Shown: piece after piece, positions 1 through 12,797 of the stretch
Numbering within the stretch: position 1 is the first letter of the stretch
How the letters are laid out: each line of letters starts with the position of its first letter
NCBI GenBank assembly: GCA_000708835.1
Contig: DF236976.1
Coordinates: 248,001 to 312,000, forward strand
Reading direction: 5' to 3'
Source of the DNA: Klebsormidium nitens
Lineage: Eukaryota; Plantae; Klebsormidiophyceae
Length of the DNA stretch: 64,000 nt
Made by a program: the position numbers and the translations under genes
Notes under the pieces: model-generated
Database searches by the model: none
Seen by the model: only the letters and a program-made list of their open reading frames with translations
What the model was told of the DNA's origin: nothing

Positions 1-278
1 CCGTTGCCCAAGCGGCAGAGTTATGCACTGGACTGGGTGGCGCTACGTCGATTGATCGGTCTAGTCAACGGAGATGCCTACACTCGTCCTTTTTGATGTG
101 GTCATGCCTAACCAGGATACTCATTAGTTTTGACAAGCGTTCCTGTTGCACCCAAAGCTTGGTGCCGCGAACGCGGTTACTTCACTTGAGCCGCTTGAGG
201 ATTTTGTCAGCGAGCCCTCAGCAATAAGTAAGCCTTGAGCCGTGCCAGCTGACTGATCCCCGTCGCTGTGTGTTGCAG

Positions 279-755
279 CAAGATTCTGCCGACGGCATCG
301 TTGGGAATGGCCCATCCGGGCAGATGCAGTTGATAACCCTGGGTTTGGGCCTGCTAGCCACGGTGGGAGCGACGTGGTATGTGGGCAAGTTGGCTAAGGT
401 ACGTGGATACGTCTTTCTTTGCCGGCACAAAAATCAAGGCTGTGCTTTTGAGCCCTGCCGCCGTGCGTCTAGAAATGGAAGCACCGGGCAGTAACCTGGG
501 TCTTTCAGAGGGACGACAGTGGTTTGCGCTTCTGTTTCAATGATCTGCCCTAGCGCTCGCTTTTGGATCTTCAGGAAATGCTGACGCGTTGGTCATATGC
601 TCTTTGGGGATTCATATCGTCACATAAAAGTGCTCTGCACTTGGAGCGATTGGCAGGTTAAGGGTTGACTGCAAACCTTACGGAAAGTTCATTCGGTCTG
701 ATTCTGACGGATTACTGCTCGTTATCTGCAGACTGCGGTCGATGACATTGAGTAG
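279..755 (+). CDS. 3' exons (279-398, 732-755) of a TVP38/TMEM64 (SNARE-associated Golgi/DedA-like) membrane protein; gene starts before the window
   Basis: Spliced translation ...GQMQLITLGLGLLATVGATWYVGKLAK|TAVDDIE* with GT at 399 and CAG at 729-731. Resembles the C-terminal helix of plant plastid TVP38/TMEM64 proteins (recognised from memory). Confidence 0.7.
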
Positions 756-1998
756 TGAGGCGGGACTAGCACTGTACAGAGGAGTGAAGTTATTCTAGAG
801 GAATCCCGTTTTTGCGACTACGGTACTCCACCAGTCCATGCAAGCAAGCGTGGCCAGCTTTGATTTTGATTCTATTGTTTGGGTCTAGCGGCGAACGGCA
901 AACAGCTTTGTCACGATCAGGTAGGAAGAGTTGGACGCGTTGTCAGGGCAGTGTTGCAGGTTAAAAACCAATTATTGCATCATGCAGCACTGTACTTCAT
1001 TATGTATCGTCGAATTGAAGAACTTGTGCCTACTTTCTCTGTTAAGTTCGAGCACCACGTCATCATTAACTGCGTACGTCTAACCTAGCTAAAGATCAGG
1101 TATCGTGCTGACGCATGCACTGTTCGGGCTTGCGTGTCGGACGGCTTGAGCTCTGATCGGACGTTGGCCTAACCAAGAAGGATGAGTTTTTGGGAGACTG
1201 CATACAGCTGTCGTGATTAACTACCTAAGGTGTTGCAGTGCCGTGTAGAGTATATTGCGACGTGCCGTCACTGCATATGGGACTCCTGCCAGGGCAACTC
1301 GAGTCAAATATATATATAGCCGATCCAAAAGAATGGTGATCACCTTGGCTGCACATGATTTGCGTGCACACGTGGACGATTTTCACGCACGTGATGATCT
1401 TGCCACATGGCATCAATGAACGATGTGCGTGCGTGCAATTAGTACCCAGGTATCTAGCTACACGCGATCGGGGGCAACGGCCCCCGCAGGCTGCAAATGG
1501 TGAATGCCCTTCTACATATAATAGTGCGACTGAGGCATGGGCGCGAGCTCACGCCGGGCCCATGTGCTGCAAGTTGAGTGCACGCTCAAGAATCATGTGC
1601 AAGCTGTCGGACGGATCGATTCCCGTTTCATCGATCGCAACAACAGTGGCTGCTTTTGGACCATGTAACACATTACGTGCCCTTGCGGCGGCAAACGCCG
1701 AGTATGCTGCACTCAGTGGTGCAGCTGCCATGCTCGCCAGTGACTGGCAATTAAGACCATTGCACTAGCGGCAGATCTACAGCCTTCGCCTAGAAGCTTG
1801 CACTGCAAATGATCGAACCCTTCCATAAGGTACAAGCGCATGACTGTCGGTCGTGATTGCTCAATCTTACCAGTGTACTTTTTGATCATCGATTGAGACG
1901 GTCGGGTCTTCACCGCATTTGAAGTGGATGCTCGACTAAGAAATTTGGGATTATAAAGAGCTTCCCCGTTGACAATAGCGAAAGCACTGAAGACCAAG

Positions 1999-4900
1999 TC
2001 ATTGATCAAGCAACTTTGCCAGAGGGGACTGCCACAAAACCTTCTCCTCAGCCTTCTGACCCGTTCGAGGGCTGTGAAACGTTCGAGTTGCAACTAGACC
2101 GTCCAGGTGATACACGTCGTTCTCCCGTATCTGCGCCAAGAAGACAACGTTTGCTCAGCAAAAGATTCAAAAGTCACAAGGATCTCCACAAAGCTTTTTC
2201 TTCTTCGTTTAAAGCAACGAGTCTGCTGTGATCAGCTCACAGCCTGCCAACCATCTGCTAACATCGTTCTGAGCTGCGGATGATGATTCTTTGCATCGTT
2301 TGAAAGATTGGCTTCAATGAAAGCCAAAGCAATGAACACTTGGACGGGGACACTGTCAGCTTCGAGCACTTAGCAGTCGACAACGGTACTTAATTGCTTC
2401 GGGCAGCGAACAAACGCACTAGCTTCTTTCTTGTCAAAAAAGCTGGCAGGTCTCTCTTTCTGGAACTAGAGCTACTGAAATCAGCACGTTCAACTCTGGG
2501 ACAACACGACTTAGCGAAACTACTTAAAAGATGCGGGGCAGCAATTCTTAGCAGTCTGTTCCATTCAATTGCACGTTCGACTTCCAACACTCTTCAGCTC
2601 AGAACATCACGCGAGACTGAGGACCACGTACCATCTTGACGGTGAAGCGCGGCGTCCCTCGCCTCCCCTCCAGTCGCTTGATCTCAAACTCGTACACGGA
2701 CGTGTTCCTCGGACGGCCCGGGTAAACCGGCGTGGCCCTCCTGCACTCCGCCCCAAAGCGCGTGCCATTTGCGCCCCCTGACGCGTCCCCATTAGCCGGT
2801 GGATTGCCGTTTGGCCCGGTTCCGCCCACTTCGTCAGGAGCGGAACCGGAAACCGGACCGGAGACAGGGCTCGACGGCCCGGCCACGGAATGCTGATCGA
2901 AGGACAATCTTTTTGGCGTCAGCGTTTCAGACGCGCCGTCGCAACTAGGCTCGCGAGTTTCGAACGTGTTCTGGCTCGGCCCAGCTAAGTGCTCGGACCG
3001 CCCGTTTTCATCGACGGCGCGGAAGCTAACGAAATTGTTGTGACCAAACGTGCGCTGAATCTGGATCGGACCCTGGAGAGAAGCGGCCCCTGGCGGCCTA
3101 TTCGCTCCGTCCAGCACTTGTGCAGCTTCCTGGGACGGTAAACCCGCGGGGTTTAGCAGGGTTCGCCAGCCGAGGCTCTGCCGGGTTTGAGACCGGGTTT
3201 TGCTGAGGTTAGGGCCCTCGGCGTAGGCCATGGAAGCGTTCACGAACTCCTTGATGAAGCCACCTGGAGAAAGTACATTTTCGTCAACTCAAGCTGCGCT
3301 ATACAGAAAGCAACAAATATACGGACCATTGCCGGACCGAGTTCGTTTAGTGGTTTCTTCTCCTGGAAGGTAGGCTGACAAGAGCGACCGGAAACCCGCT
3401 TCCAATGGCAAGAGATAACTGACCCGGCAGCATCGCTTGAAGAGACTGTGGCGACTGTTCAATTTTGAAAAAGGTGATGCTACTGTCGACGCCGATACGA
3501 TTCCTGGACCCATCATGTCGGTTTCGTCCTCATCTTCTATCCAGATTTGAGTTTACTGAAAACTGGACGAGCTGATCAAACCCCTACCGGGGGCAAAACC
3601 GCTTCTGTACGTTGAAACAAACCCATGCCAGATGCAAGCCCGGGATTCAGATGCGAGCGTTCCAAAAGGGCCCACCGTGCGTGACAACGAGGACTCTCTT
3701 GACGGATGGCCGTCCGCCTTTCCTCCTCCCCTTCGGACGCTCTTTCCCGTCCGTCCCGCTTTCGAACGGCCGCAAAAATTTATCTCCACCGTTTGCTGGC
3801 CCAGGAGCCTCCGGTCCCTCCTTCGGACTCCGACCCTTCTCTCCGTCTCCGCTTCCCAGACTGCTTGCACCATGACGGCCAGAACGTCGTCCGTTCTCCT
3901 CCCTATCTTTTCCAGCCTCCCCGCTCATTTCCGCCGGACTGTTCCTGTACGGTCGCCGCTCTTCCGTTTCTGCTGCCTGCTCAACTCCCTCCATCCCCTC
4001 CTCCCGATTCTGACCCCCCGGTCCTAATTCGATCACCTGCATCTCTCCGTCACCGCAGTCTGAATCCGACCATACACTCACAGATCCCCTCCTTTCCTCC
4101 TCCTCTAGTTTGCCCCCATTCCTTCCGTACTGCCCACTCCTCCGACCCTCGTATAGCCCCGCACCTTCCAACTCGTCGTCGGACCCAGAACCCGCGCTCT
4201 CCCCCCCTCCCCTGGCGGCATCCGCTCCCCCCCCTGCAAACTCATCGACCTGCATCTCCTCGGTAAACAGCTTGGACAGCCCCAGACTGTCGACCCGTTT
4301 CATGACCTTAGGAGCCAGCGCATTGAAGCTGCCGGCCCGCTTCACCCCCGCCACACGGGGGGGCGCGCTCTCACCCCCCTCCCCAAAGCTCTCGGACCGG
4401 GGGATCCCCAGGATCTTGTTCGCGGCCCGGGGCTCCCCAGTGAAACTCCCCGACCGCAACATCCGGCCCCCGGACGTTACCCCCAACCCCTGCAACTCAC
4501 TCGAAGGGACTCGCTTGATCCCCCGAAGCTTGCTCGAGAAGCTTCCCGACCGCCGCATTTGGTTCGGAGGGGCCATATCCGGTCCTAGTGGGATGTTCTG
4601 AGGCACGTGCTTGATGTTCTGAGCCAGATGATGTATGTTTGGGACCCCCCCGGTGAAACTTCCTGACCTGAGCATGCGCCTCGGGGGTTCAGCTCGGACT
4701 GGGAGCACGGTGCCTGCTTCAGACCCTGGTGGAAAGGCCTTGTCAATGGCCCCATGGCCATCTATAGTGTCGCCCGAGAACTTGAAAGCTATTGCACTCC
4801 CATCCACATGGCCCTGCGGCTTTGAGTCGCTTTTGGGCAGTGGGGATGTTTGGAGGTGGCCGTCAACGAGCCACCTGAGGAACTGGTCCGCTCGAGTTTG

Positions 4901-6247
4901 CACGTCTTCCCAGCTTTCGCCATCCTTGGGCCGAAAATACCTGAAGAGCAAGATGTGCAGGTTGGGAATCATTAAGGATTAGGGCTTTATTCCGGCAACT
5001 GTAGAGGAAGCACGAACAGATGAGAAGGCTGAAAGGGAGGCTGTCTTTACTGATGGACTGGCCTTAAATGCAAGCTCCTGCGTGAGCTCTGCTCAACAAG
5101 GTACTCGAGTACGGTACCTGATGCTTACCTCCTCTGACAACAATCTTTGCGCTCTACTCCATGTATGCATTTGTAGATTCATCAGTTACCAAAGATTCAA
5201 TAGATTACTATTGAACAACCAAGATTCTGATCACGACAACAATATCTTAGGCTGCGAACGATTCATCCAGTTCTTTAAAATACACATGGTTGTCTTTTTA
5301 AGAACAGTACAGCGCAAATGAAGACACCGAGTCACGCTTGGGACAGCACGCCCGTCCAAATATACTCCCTGTGCTCACCTAGAGGGAACGCCAGAGGCCT
5401 TGGCAGCGGCGTCCACGCATCCAGTGGGCCCCCCCTCGAGCTCCCCTGCGCTCCGCTCCCTCAAAAGTTTCAGACTGACCATCTTAGGGAAGCTCCCCTT
5501 GGCCTCGTCAGCGTTTGGTCCCAGATGTACCTCTGAAGCCTCTTCTGCTTCGAGCAGGGAAGTGACTAGACCAGAGTCACCCATGATGGAGGTGACATCA
5601 GCGCCAGCCCCAGCTAGGAGCTCCTGCGCCGTCTGCTGAGTCCTGGCGAGGTCGCTGCAGTAGAAGGCATCCCACCGCTGCTTTGAAACGCGCTTGCCTA
5701 GCCTTCTGGCCTGCAGAGGGGAATTCGGCGTGTTGGATGTAATGCAACAAGTAACTGTTGAGCTTGGCAGCTTGTTTAGTCCAGTCTCTGTCTCTTGTCA
5801 GGCCAGCTTTGGGAGCTGTGGTGTTGGTCCTAGCGTCCCTTTGAACCATCAGAAAGGCTGCAGCGCTGAGCAAGATATCTCTATGATTAGGAAGAGATGT
5901 TGGAATATCAGTATTATTTTCAATGAATGCTGACACCACCATCTGCTTAACGGCTGACAAACTGAAAATATTAAGACAGCAAAAATAACCTATGTAACAA
6001 GAAAGAGAAAACTTATTTGAGGAAAGCTGCAAAACGCTAGCATAGACTTGTGCGCTCTTACCTGCTCTCTTCCAAACTCAGTGAGCTCGCCTGGAGTCTG
6101 CCCCTGGACAATGCGATCTCTGTTCGCGACAGTCTCGCCGTGCCTAACCAACGTCAGCTTCAAGACTACCTTCTTCTCATGGGGCTCCCAGTCGCTGAAG
6201 GGAGGGCGTTCCACCTCCATTGAATGCGCCAATTGGTTGGCTGCCAC
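1999..6247 (-). CDS. Histidine phosphatase (phosphoglycerate mutase/TIGAR-like branch 1), ~848 aa, with two long low-complexity insertions; exons 6247-6062, 5710-5379, 4940-3676, 3263-2632, 2130-1999
   Basis: All core motifs appear in order across in-frame GT-AG junctions: LVRHGET, CSDLART, LRERSAGELEG, GESWEDV, VLVVTHG|GFIK, NTSVYEF, ENDVYHL. Exon lengths sum to 2547 nt (849 codons including the stop). Confidence 0.88.
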
Positions 6248-8612
6248 CTTTGAGCTTCTGCGTATTCGTAAAAGCTCACATGCAGCAGAAGAACAAGAAG
6301 CAGGTCAAGTCAATCCTTGAGGTTTAAGTCCAGTCTGGTTCCGGTGATTGTCACCACATTATGTAACCGGCCGGAGCTGGATACCCCGGGCACATTGCTG
6401 AGTTTGGGGGTAATTCATAAACGTTCTGTCGGTTCACACGAACCGAGCTCACTGCAAAACTGGGTCGAAGAAGTCGGGAAGCAAAAGTCTGCTCGCGTAT
6501 TACATGGAAGCTTGTAAGCGCTAGCACGTGTTGCAGATTGCAGGAATATTGCTTCTTGCAGAAGTTGAAGGTTGCAGTGGCGATTGACGAGGGAGCGAGT
6601 TGCCTAGCTTGTTCAAGCACACGGGTGGCACGGTTTTCAGCTTCTCCAGTGGCAGGCCCTCAATTGTGTTCAATTGCGACGTACTAGCTGAGCATCGCAG
6701 CAACTCAGACTGTCTACTTGCTTTCAACGTCAAGTGGCAGCGGCAGAACATTGTCTGCAGTCGTCAGAGCAAAGGTAACGCCTCCGCTTCTCACTTCAAC
6801 AGGTTGATTCTGCAACGTACAGATAGATTGTGGTTGATCAGAAGTTCTGCGGCTTATTTCGATGGGTTGTCTCCCGGTTGTCTCCCTTGCAATATCATGT
6901 ATTGGAGCCCTTCCTCTGAAACCAACTATATAATAGTGTCAACTCGATGCGGTTGGGACCCGAGCTGCAAGACTGGTTTGCAGTAGCCGTTGTATTGGTC
7001 GGTTACCCTATGTTCGTGGCGAAGTTTGTGCTGGGCTATACGTCTTTGTTGAAATCCAGCTCCAATACTCCAATCACTTTTGCACAGGCTGTGAGGCCCC
7101 AAATCAACGTACGTCAAGCTGCCAGAAAGCGGTTGCATCAAACTCGTGTTGTTCGTCCTTTCGTTTCTGCATTCAGATTCTCGAAGCATCAAATCAAGAC
7201 ACAGTGACGTCATTGATAAGGTTACTACCCTGACGACCGTTTTGGCTTGAGCCAAAGCAGCTCCAATAGCTGCCATTGAAGCCTTTTCGTATTCAAAAGG
7301 GACTTTTCGAGGAGCATGATCGAGCTTCAATGGACGTAGATAGTAGCGGCATCTGAGAATCACGGTCTGCAACTTCGAGGGGATTTTATCATTGTCTGTC
7401 TCAGTGGGGCGTTATGTCGAAGCTGGTCACCCCAGTACAGGCTCATCTTACGTGCAAGCGTATTCGATGGGTACGAGGCAATGCAGAGCCCAAAATCCTA
7501 CTCAAAAGAACCATTGCTTCTTGAAGCCCTGGTCTTTCAGGATGGATCAGTACCCTAGCTGCCCTGTCTTTCGACGTCGTCAGCAGCTTCCTTTTGCAGT
7601 GGAAGAGAATTGGTAAAACGTCAATACGGCGGTGGCACCTCGGTTTTTGTAGTCGGAAGATTGTGTAATGAGCTCACGAGAATATGCTCTTCAACGGATG
7701 TCTCCGCTTCTCTGTGGGGCAGCCTCGACGTCTTCCCCGTGGGCTCATGCCCCTTCGCTCTCTCCCATCGCACAGCGTGGGTACGGCGTCTCAGATCAAA
7801 GCTCTTGCTTACGCTCAGCAACTCTGAAGGGGACGGCCTGCACGTAGGGTGACTTCGACGTCTTCAACTGCTTAGACCTGCTTCTTGTTTCCGTGAACGC
7901 TTTTCAGCTCTCCGGGTCGGGTGCCATCGCTTCGGAGTCGTGCATCGAGTGGCCTCGAGGTAGTAGGTCGTCCAGACTGTCCAGGAGACGGTGACCGTGC
8001 AGAAAAGTTGAGCATCGATAGCAGACGCAGAGGTTCTGTTTGAGTGTTTGGACTAGAGCTGAGGGAGACTCGGGGGCCGGTTCCGTTAAGGACGAGGTCC
8101 TGTGAGGGGCGCTGGCGAAAGACGGGGCAATGAGCTGGTTGGCTGGCCCCACGCATAGATTCGCAGCGACTGATTGCTTGTCGCTTTCTTACTTCTAGGA
8201 GACCTCGCTTGTCATTTCTTCACCTCTACTGGGATGCGTTGTAGAGGGCGCAAAATCTAATCTTGCAATGACAAGCGGGAACCGACGGGGCCAATTTCCA
8301 AGGCCCTGTGTGGCCGGCCAACCAGCTCGTGAATGAGTATGGAAAGCGACCTTACCACGAAATGAGGCGCATGGCATGTGCATATGGCAGGAAAACATAA
8401 TGTACGATTACCAGCTGTGTGCCTGGTGTGAGTGAAAGTAGCTTGCATTCGCTTGTATGGAGTTTGAAGAATCCACCTACGTACTCAAGCCTGAGGCATG
8501 GCATGATTGCAAAATGCTGATGAAATTGTCCGCCAGCACGTCACACGCCCAATGTAAGGCCACATTATATCATGTTCGATCTCGATGATAATGCTTTCGG
8601 TCGTTACTTTTG

Positions 8613-8690
8613 ACCATGTTTAATCTTGTCAGTTAGTTTGAAGGAAATATGTCACCATGTTTAATCTTGTCAGTGTGAAGGCGATATGTG
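8613..8690. repeat. Two-copy ~41-bp tandem duplication
   Basis: accatgtttaatcttgtcagt occurs exactly at 8613-8633 and 8654-8674, each followed by gaagg..atatgt. Confidence 0.8.
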
Positions 8691-9845
8691 TCGAGAGGTC
8701 AGGCTGACTACTAATTCACAATCCATTTCGACTGGTGAAAGCTTTCGAATCTAGATGAATCTTTTCGTGCACTGTGATTTGGGGATGCAATTTTGAATCA
8801 AAGAGCTCTGTATATATCGAGCAGTCGTGTCAGTCGTGGATCCCCGACTCCCCGCCGAACTTGCTCACATGCTGCACATGCTAGCTATAGCTAGCTAGGT
8901 CTATATTGTAAAACCGGCCGCGCGCTCAAAGCATCAACCTAAGGACGTCTCGCGGGAATGCGTTCAGAGGCATGTGCGGCAGGCCATAAACAACAACTGA
9001 AAGCGTTTCACATTTTCGTCAAATCAATCTTGACGGAGGTTGAGGCATAAATGCGAAATGGCATAAATGCGTGCAGTGATACCACATGCAATCTTACTAT
9101 TATTCATCAAGTGATCCAAAGAATCTTGCGCCTAAATCATGATTAAGCCCATGCACACCTGCAGGCCAGCTCAGCGGGCATCGATCCAAAAAATTGGACC
9201 TTTGACCAATCAGCTTTGGAGGGAACTAAGCAAGCACAATCCTGAACCCAATGCTAGATTTCGCTCTTCCAGTGTCCAACTTTTCTACCTAATTTACATT
9301 CTGTACCATGCCTGAGACATGATTTAAGAAGATGGTAGGATTGGCGTGCAACCAAATAAGGGCGGCTTGAGTGCCGCCTCCTCTGGACCTCTACTAGAAG
9401 AATCAAGAAACGGCTGCAACCTGCAAAGGAAGTTGACGGATCATTAGAACTTGCTAGGTACTTATCGGGCTATAGCTCAACAACAAGCTCTCTTCAACCA
9501 ATTGTTAGTCGCCCAGGCAGGGGGCTTGAAGTCAAATCTTATGGTAGAACTTGTGGTCTGCTGATGCTGCATATACAGAGCTTTGATTTCTGATGGTCTC
9601 AAGACACACAGTTGAACGTAATTTCAAAGTCACGACCAGAGACACAAAAGCTAAGTTTCGGCTTGAGCTTATGGAAGCCAATCCTCCAAGGCGGCTCTCT
9701 TTGTCACACGTGATAGAGACGGTGTCAATCAGCTCTATCGTGGAAAATAACTTCAAAGCTTACCTAGTTTCACTCCTTCTTGTTCTGCATGTGCAGCTTA
9801 CGCCACACCCGCGCGCATTGTTGACAATGCCACTGTCTTTCCCTC

Positions 9846-10589
9846 TCACCGGTGGTACCTAAGTCCCTTGATTGCATGATCTTTGGCCACTGTCCTCTGC
9901 TTCTCAGCCCACGCAATCCACTTCTGGACACCCTCATGCTCGAGCAGTTTATCTAGGGAGTTAAACTCATAGGCCATCTGCTTGTGATCAATCAGTCTAT
10001 GGATGGAGCTATGGCAAGGCCTACAGATATTGATGCCTCGGCTGTTGACCTCATCCTTTGAGAACAGCTTCCTCTTCACCACAAGCTTGTGTGTGGACTT
10101 GGGGACAAGATGGTGGAAGGTCAGCGGCATGAAGCGCTTGCACAATTCGCAGCAGCCAGGCGGTGTATCTTCTTCCTCCTCGTCAGACTCCTCCTGTGCT
10201 TGCCCCGCTGCTGTTTCCAATGCCTGAGGCCTATACAGCGCCCGCCACTGCGCCACCGCTTCTCTGCAGATCCTTGAGGCCTGCTCCGCATCCGCCGCAA
10301 AGCTCAGATCCTCTAGTAGCTGGCCAACAGACTGGTGCAGCTGCAAGGAGCTTTCAGCCAAGACGCTGGACTCCTCACCAGAAAGCTGCTCCTTACACAG
10401 GGGCTGCAGAACTCCTGCATCCCACATCTCATCGGTGACATACTTAAGACTATCCTCTGGTAAGTCCGAAAGAGGCTCCTCGCCCTGGGAAGAGAGCGCA
10501 CCAGAGGCATACGCGCTGAGCACTCCTCTCAGCACTTTCTCAAGCTCCTGCTTCCTCACAGAGCCCACTCTTCTATTCCTAGTCTTCAT
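9846..10589 (-). CDS. Intronless protein with C-terminal YisB-like HNH (beta-beta-alpha-Me) nuclease domain; ORF is open further upstream to 11000
   Basis: CELC...LTFHHLVPK...RGINICRPCHSSIH...EFNSLDKLLEHEGVQKWIAWAEKQ: two CxxC pairs plus HH..N..H. Start codon uncertain (MKTRN at 10589 or an upstream ATG). Confidence 0.75.
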   Translation of the reverse strand: MKTRNRRVGSVRKQELEKVLRGVLSAYASGALSSQGEEPLSDLPEDSLKYVTDEMWDAGVLQPLCKEQLSGEESSVLAESSLQLHQSVGQLLEDLSFAADAEQASRICREAVAQWRALYRPQALETAAGQAQEESDEEEEDTPPGCCELCKRFMPLTFHHLVPKSTHKLVVKRKLFSKDEVNSRGINICRPCHSSIHRLIDHKQMAYEFNSLDKLLEHEGVQKWIAWAEKQRTVAKDHAIKGLRYHR

Positions 10590-12797
10590 GGTATCCGCAC
10601 GCGGGCTTGTATATGTCCGCAAACCCAGAGTTTGCAGGTAAGGCGCTAGCGTACGGGCGCCTCCTGATTCAGCACACTGCTGACGTAGCTTGTGAAAACT
10701 TAGCAGCTCGCAAGCATGCACAGCTTGGCGCCTATCACCCCGCCTGCCACCCCGCCCTAACAAAGATCTGAACGATACAAGCAACAAACTGCTCCAGACA
10801 CCGCTGCACGTTTGGAGCGCAACAGGAGCAGATGGAGACGTTGGGCAGACCAAATAAGGAGCCCTAAGCAGGCAGGCAGCCCTGGCCATAAAGCGTCGCC
10901 ATGTGAAATGCCTCTGCCACTTCTTTTCTACCTGCCTCGACCCTTGACCTTGGACGGCCATGCACCACCAGTTTGCGTACGTGGTCTCTGCATGTGACAT
11001 CAGGATGCAGGAGAGCGGAAGGGATCCCCTCCGAGTCCAGGCGGCTTGCGTTGGACAGAGACGTCATCACGTCCGAGTCGTTGTCCACCGGCAATCTGCT
11101 TTAACACAGTCATTACTGCTTTGCGGTGGCTGGCCGGGCCAGTCACAATGGTGTGTCAATTTTTCCATGCAGCAACCGTCCGCAAGTGCGGATCACTTAT
11201 AAAGGACGCCTCTGTTTTTGCACTAGGGGGGCCGAGTGCAAGGACAGACTTGGGGTTGGCTGACCCCCTGGAATTCGTTGCAAAATCGTGCCTTCATGTG
11301 CAGTCCTTGTACAATTCTCATGCACTGGCAGGCGAACTTCGGAAAGCTTAGATATCGTACCGCTTCCTGAATTGCAAGGGGTACCGTATACCTGTTGGCT
11401 TACAAAGTAGGGGCATCATCTAATGGCATGCAGGATGCTGGGATAGACAAGCAGGTGAGCCAGTGCACATGGACGCTAGAGAATGTTCTTGGGCCTCACA
11501 CAATTGTTGATTTTCTATGCAATTGCCTTTGCAGAAACCGTGCAGAGGGAGGAGTGGCTCCAGGTTTGCTCTATTTGTATGGCCTCTTTTTGAGTTTAAT
11601 CTGGTCAAGCAGGTCAGAGGAATAGCAGCGTTGGCCAGGGCACAAAGTGCTGTGACTACTTTCTGGTCTTTCAAACAGTCAGTGAAACTCCTTGTCTGGA
11701 GGATGTCTGGAGAGAGAAGGTAGTTGCCTTTCTTAGTTGAGAGTAACCTCCACCAGGGTTCCACTGAAATGTTCCATGAAAATGCAGTACATAGGCTAAT
11801 CAAAGGCGGTTGTAGGCTGGTTAACACTGTCTCAACCTTTTCGCGTGCAGGATGTCGCAAGCCCCAGCAGCGGCGGGCCCCCGCATTGTGAACCCTACTG
11901 AGGAGAGCCTGTATCAAGTCCTCGCTGAGGAGCTGACAGTGGCAGAGGACAAACGAGACGAAACTAAAAAGGGTAAGAACCAAGGCTGCTTGACTGTTCA
12001 AGCACTGTAAACGAGTTCGTTCATGACAGCCGAGTTTTAAAGTTGGCCTCCTAACTTGGATGTTGCATCTCAATCATATGCAGCTTCTGAGGAAGCTCAA
12101 AGATCTGCTTGCTGACATAGGTGTGTAGAGAGGCAGAGAAAGGATCCAAATCAAGAGGAAATGTAGAAGTTCCTCTGTGCTCCTCAGCTTCTTCTTGTTG
12201 GTTGCAGCTCTCAAAGAGACCCTTCTGGCTGATCTGCGTAAGGAGGTGAAGCGACTGAACGAGGTAAAGCCCGCTTCTCAAACCACCTCAAGAAAAGCAC
12301 GTCTACCGCGTGGGCAGCGGATTGCACTCTGAGCTAAAGCAGGCTGCCATTGTATCCTATCAACCATTTGGAAGCGCTCTGCGTTCTCAGACGACATGCT
12401 TTGTGTGCAATGCAGAAACTCTCTGTGTGCAAACCGCTGATTTCTTTTTGAGATCTCAAAATCGTTTCAGTCCAATGTGCCAGGCTTGTCTTGTGTAACG
12501 GTGAGGAGTATCTTCCTGAAGACACTGTGCAACATGTGCCCCTGTGCACACACTTTCCCTTGGCTTGCAGGACGCTTGGATGTTTGCTGCCCCGCGCAGT
12601 AACATCCCCTGATCCTACTTTCACAAGCAAAGAACCCCCATCCTTGACCGCTATCTCAGAGGAGGTCTATATCCTCATCAAGCATCAGGGTCTCGTGTTT
12701 ACCCTACCTGACCTTACGAGCGTAGGCATAGAAAACCTTGAAATCACTTGTAGGAACCAAACGGCTTAGGTCGATTACTCATTACCCGGGCCCAGCC

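Noticed and set aside
6900-8200. Protein-like minus-strand fragments
   Set aside because: Frequent stops, no recognisable domain and no consistent exon chain; possibly a decayed gene.
11420-12281. 217-aa and 76-aa minus-strand ORFs upstream of the HNH gene
   Set aside because: No recognisable motif and no splice path linking them to the HNH ORF.
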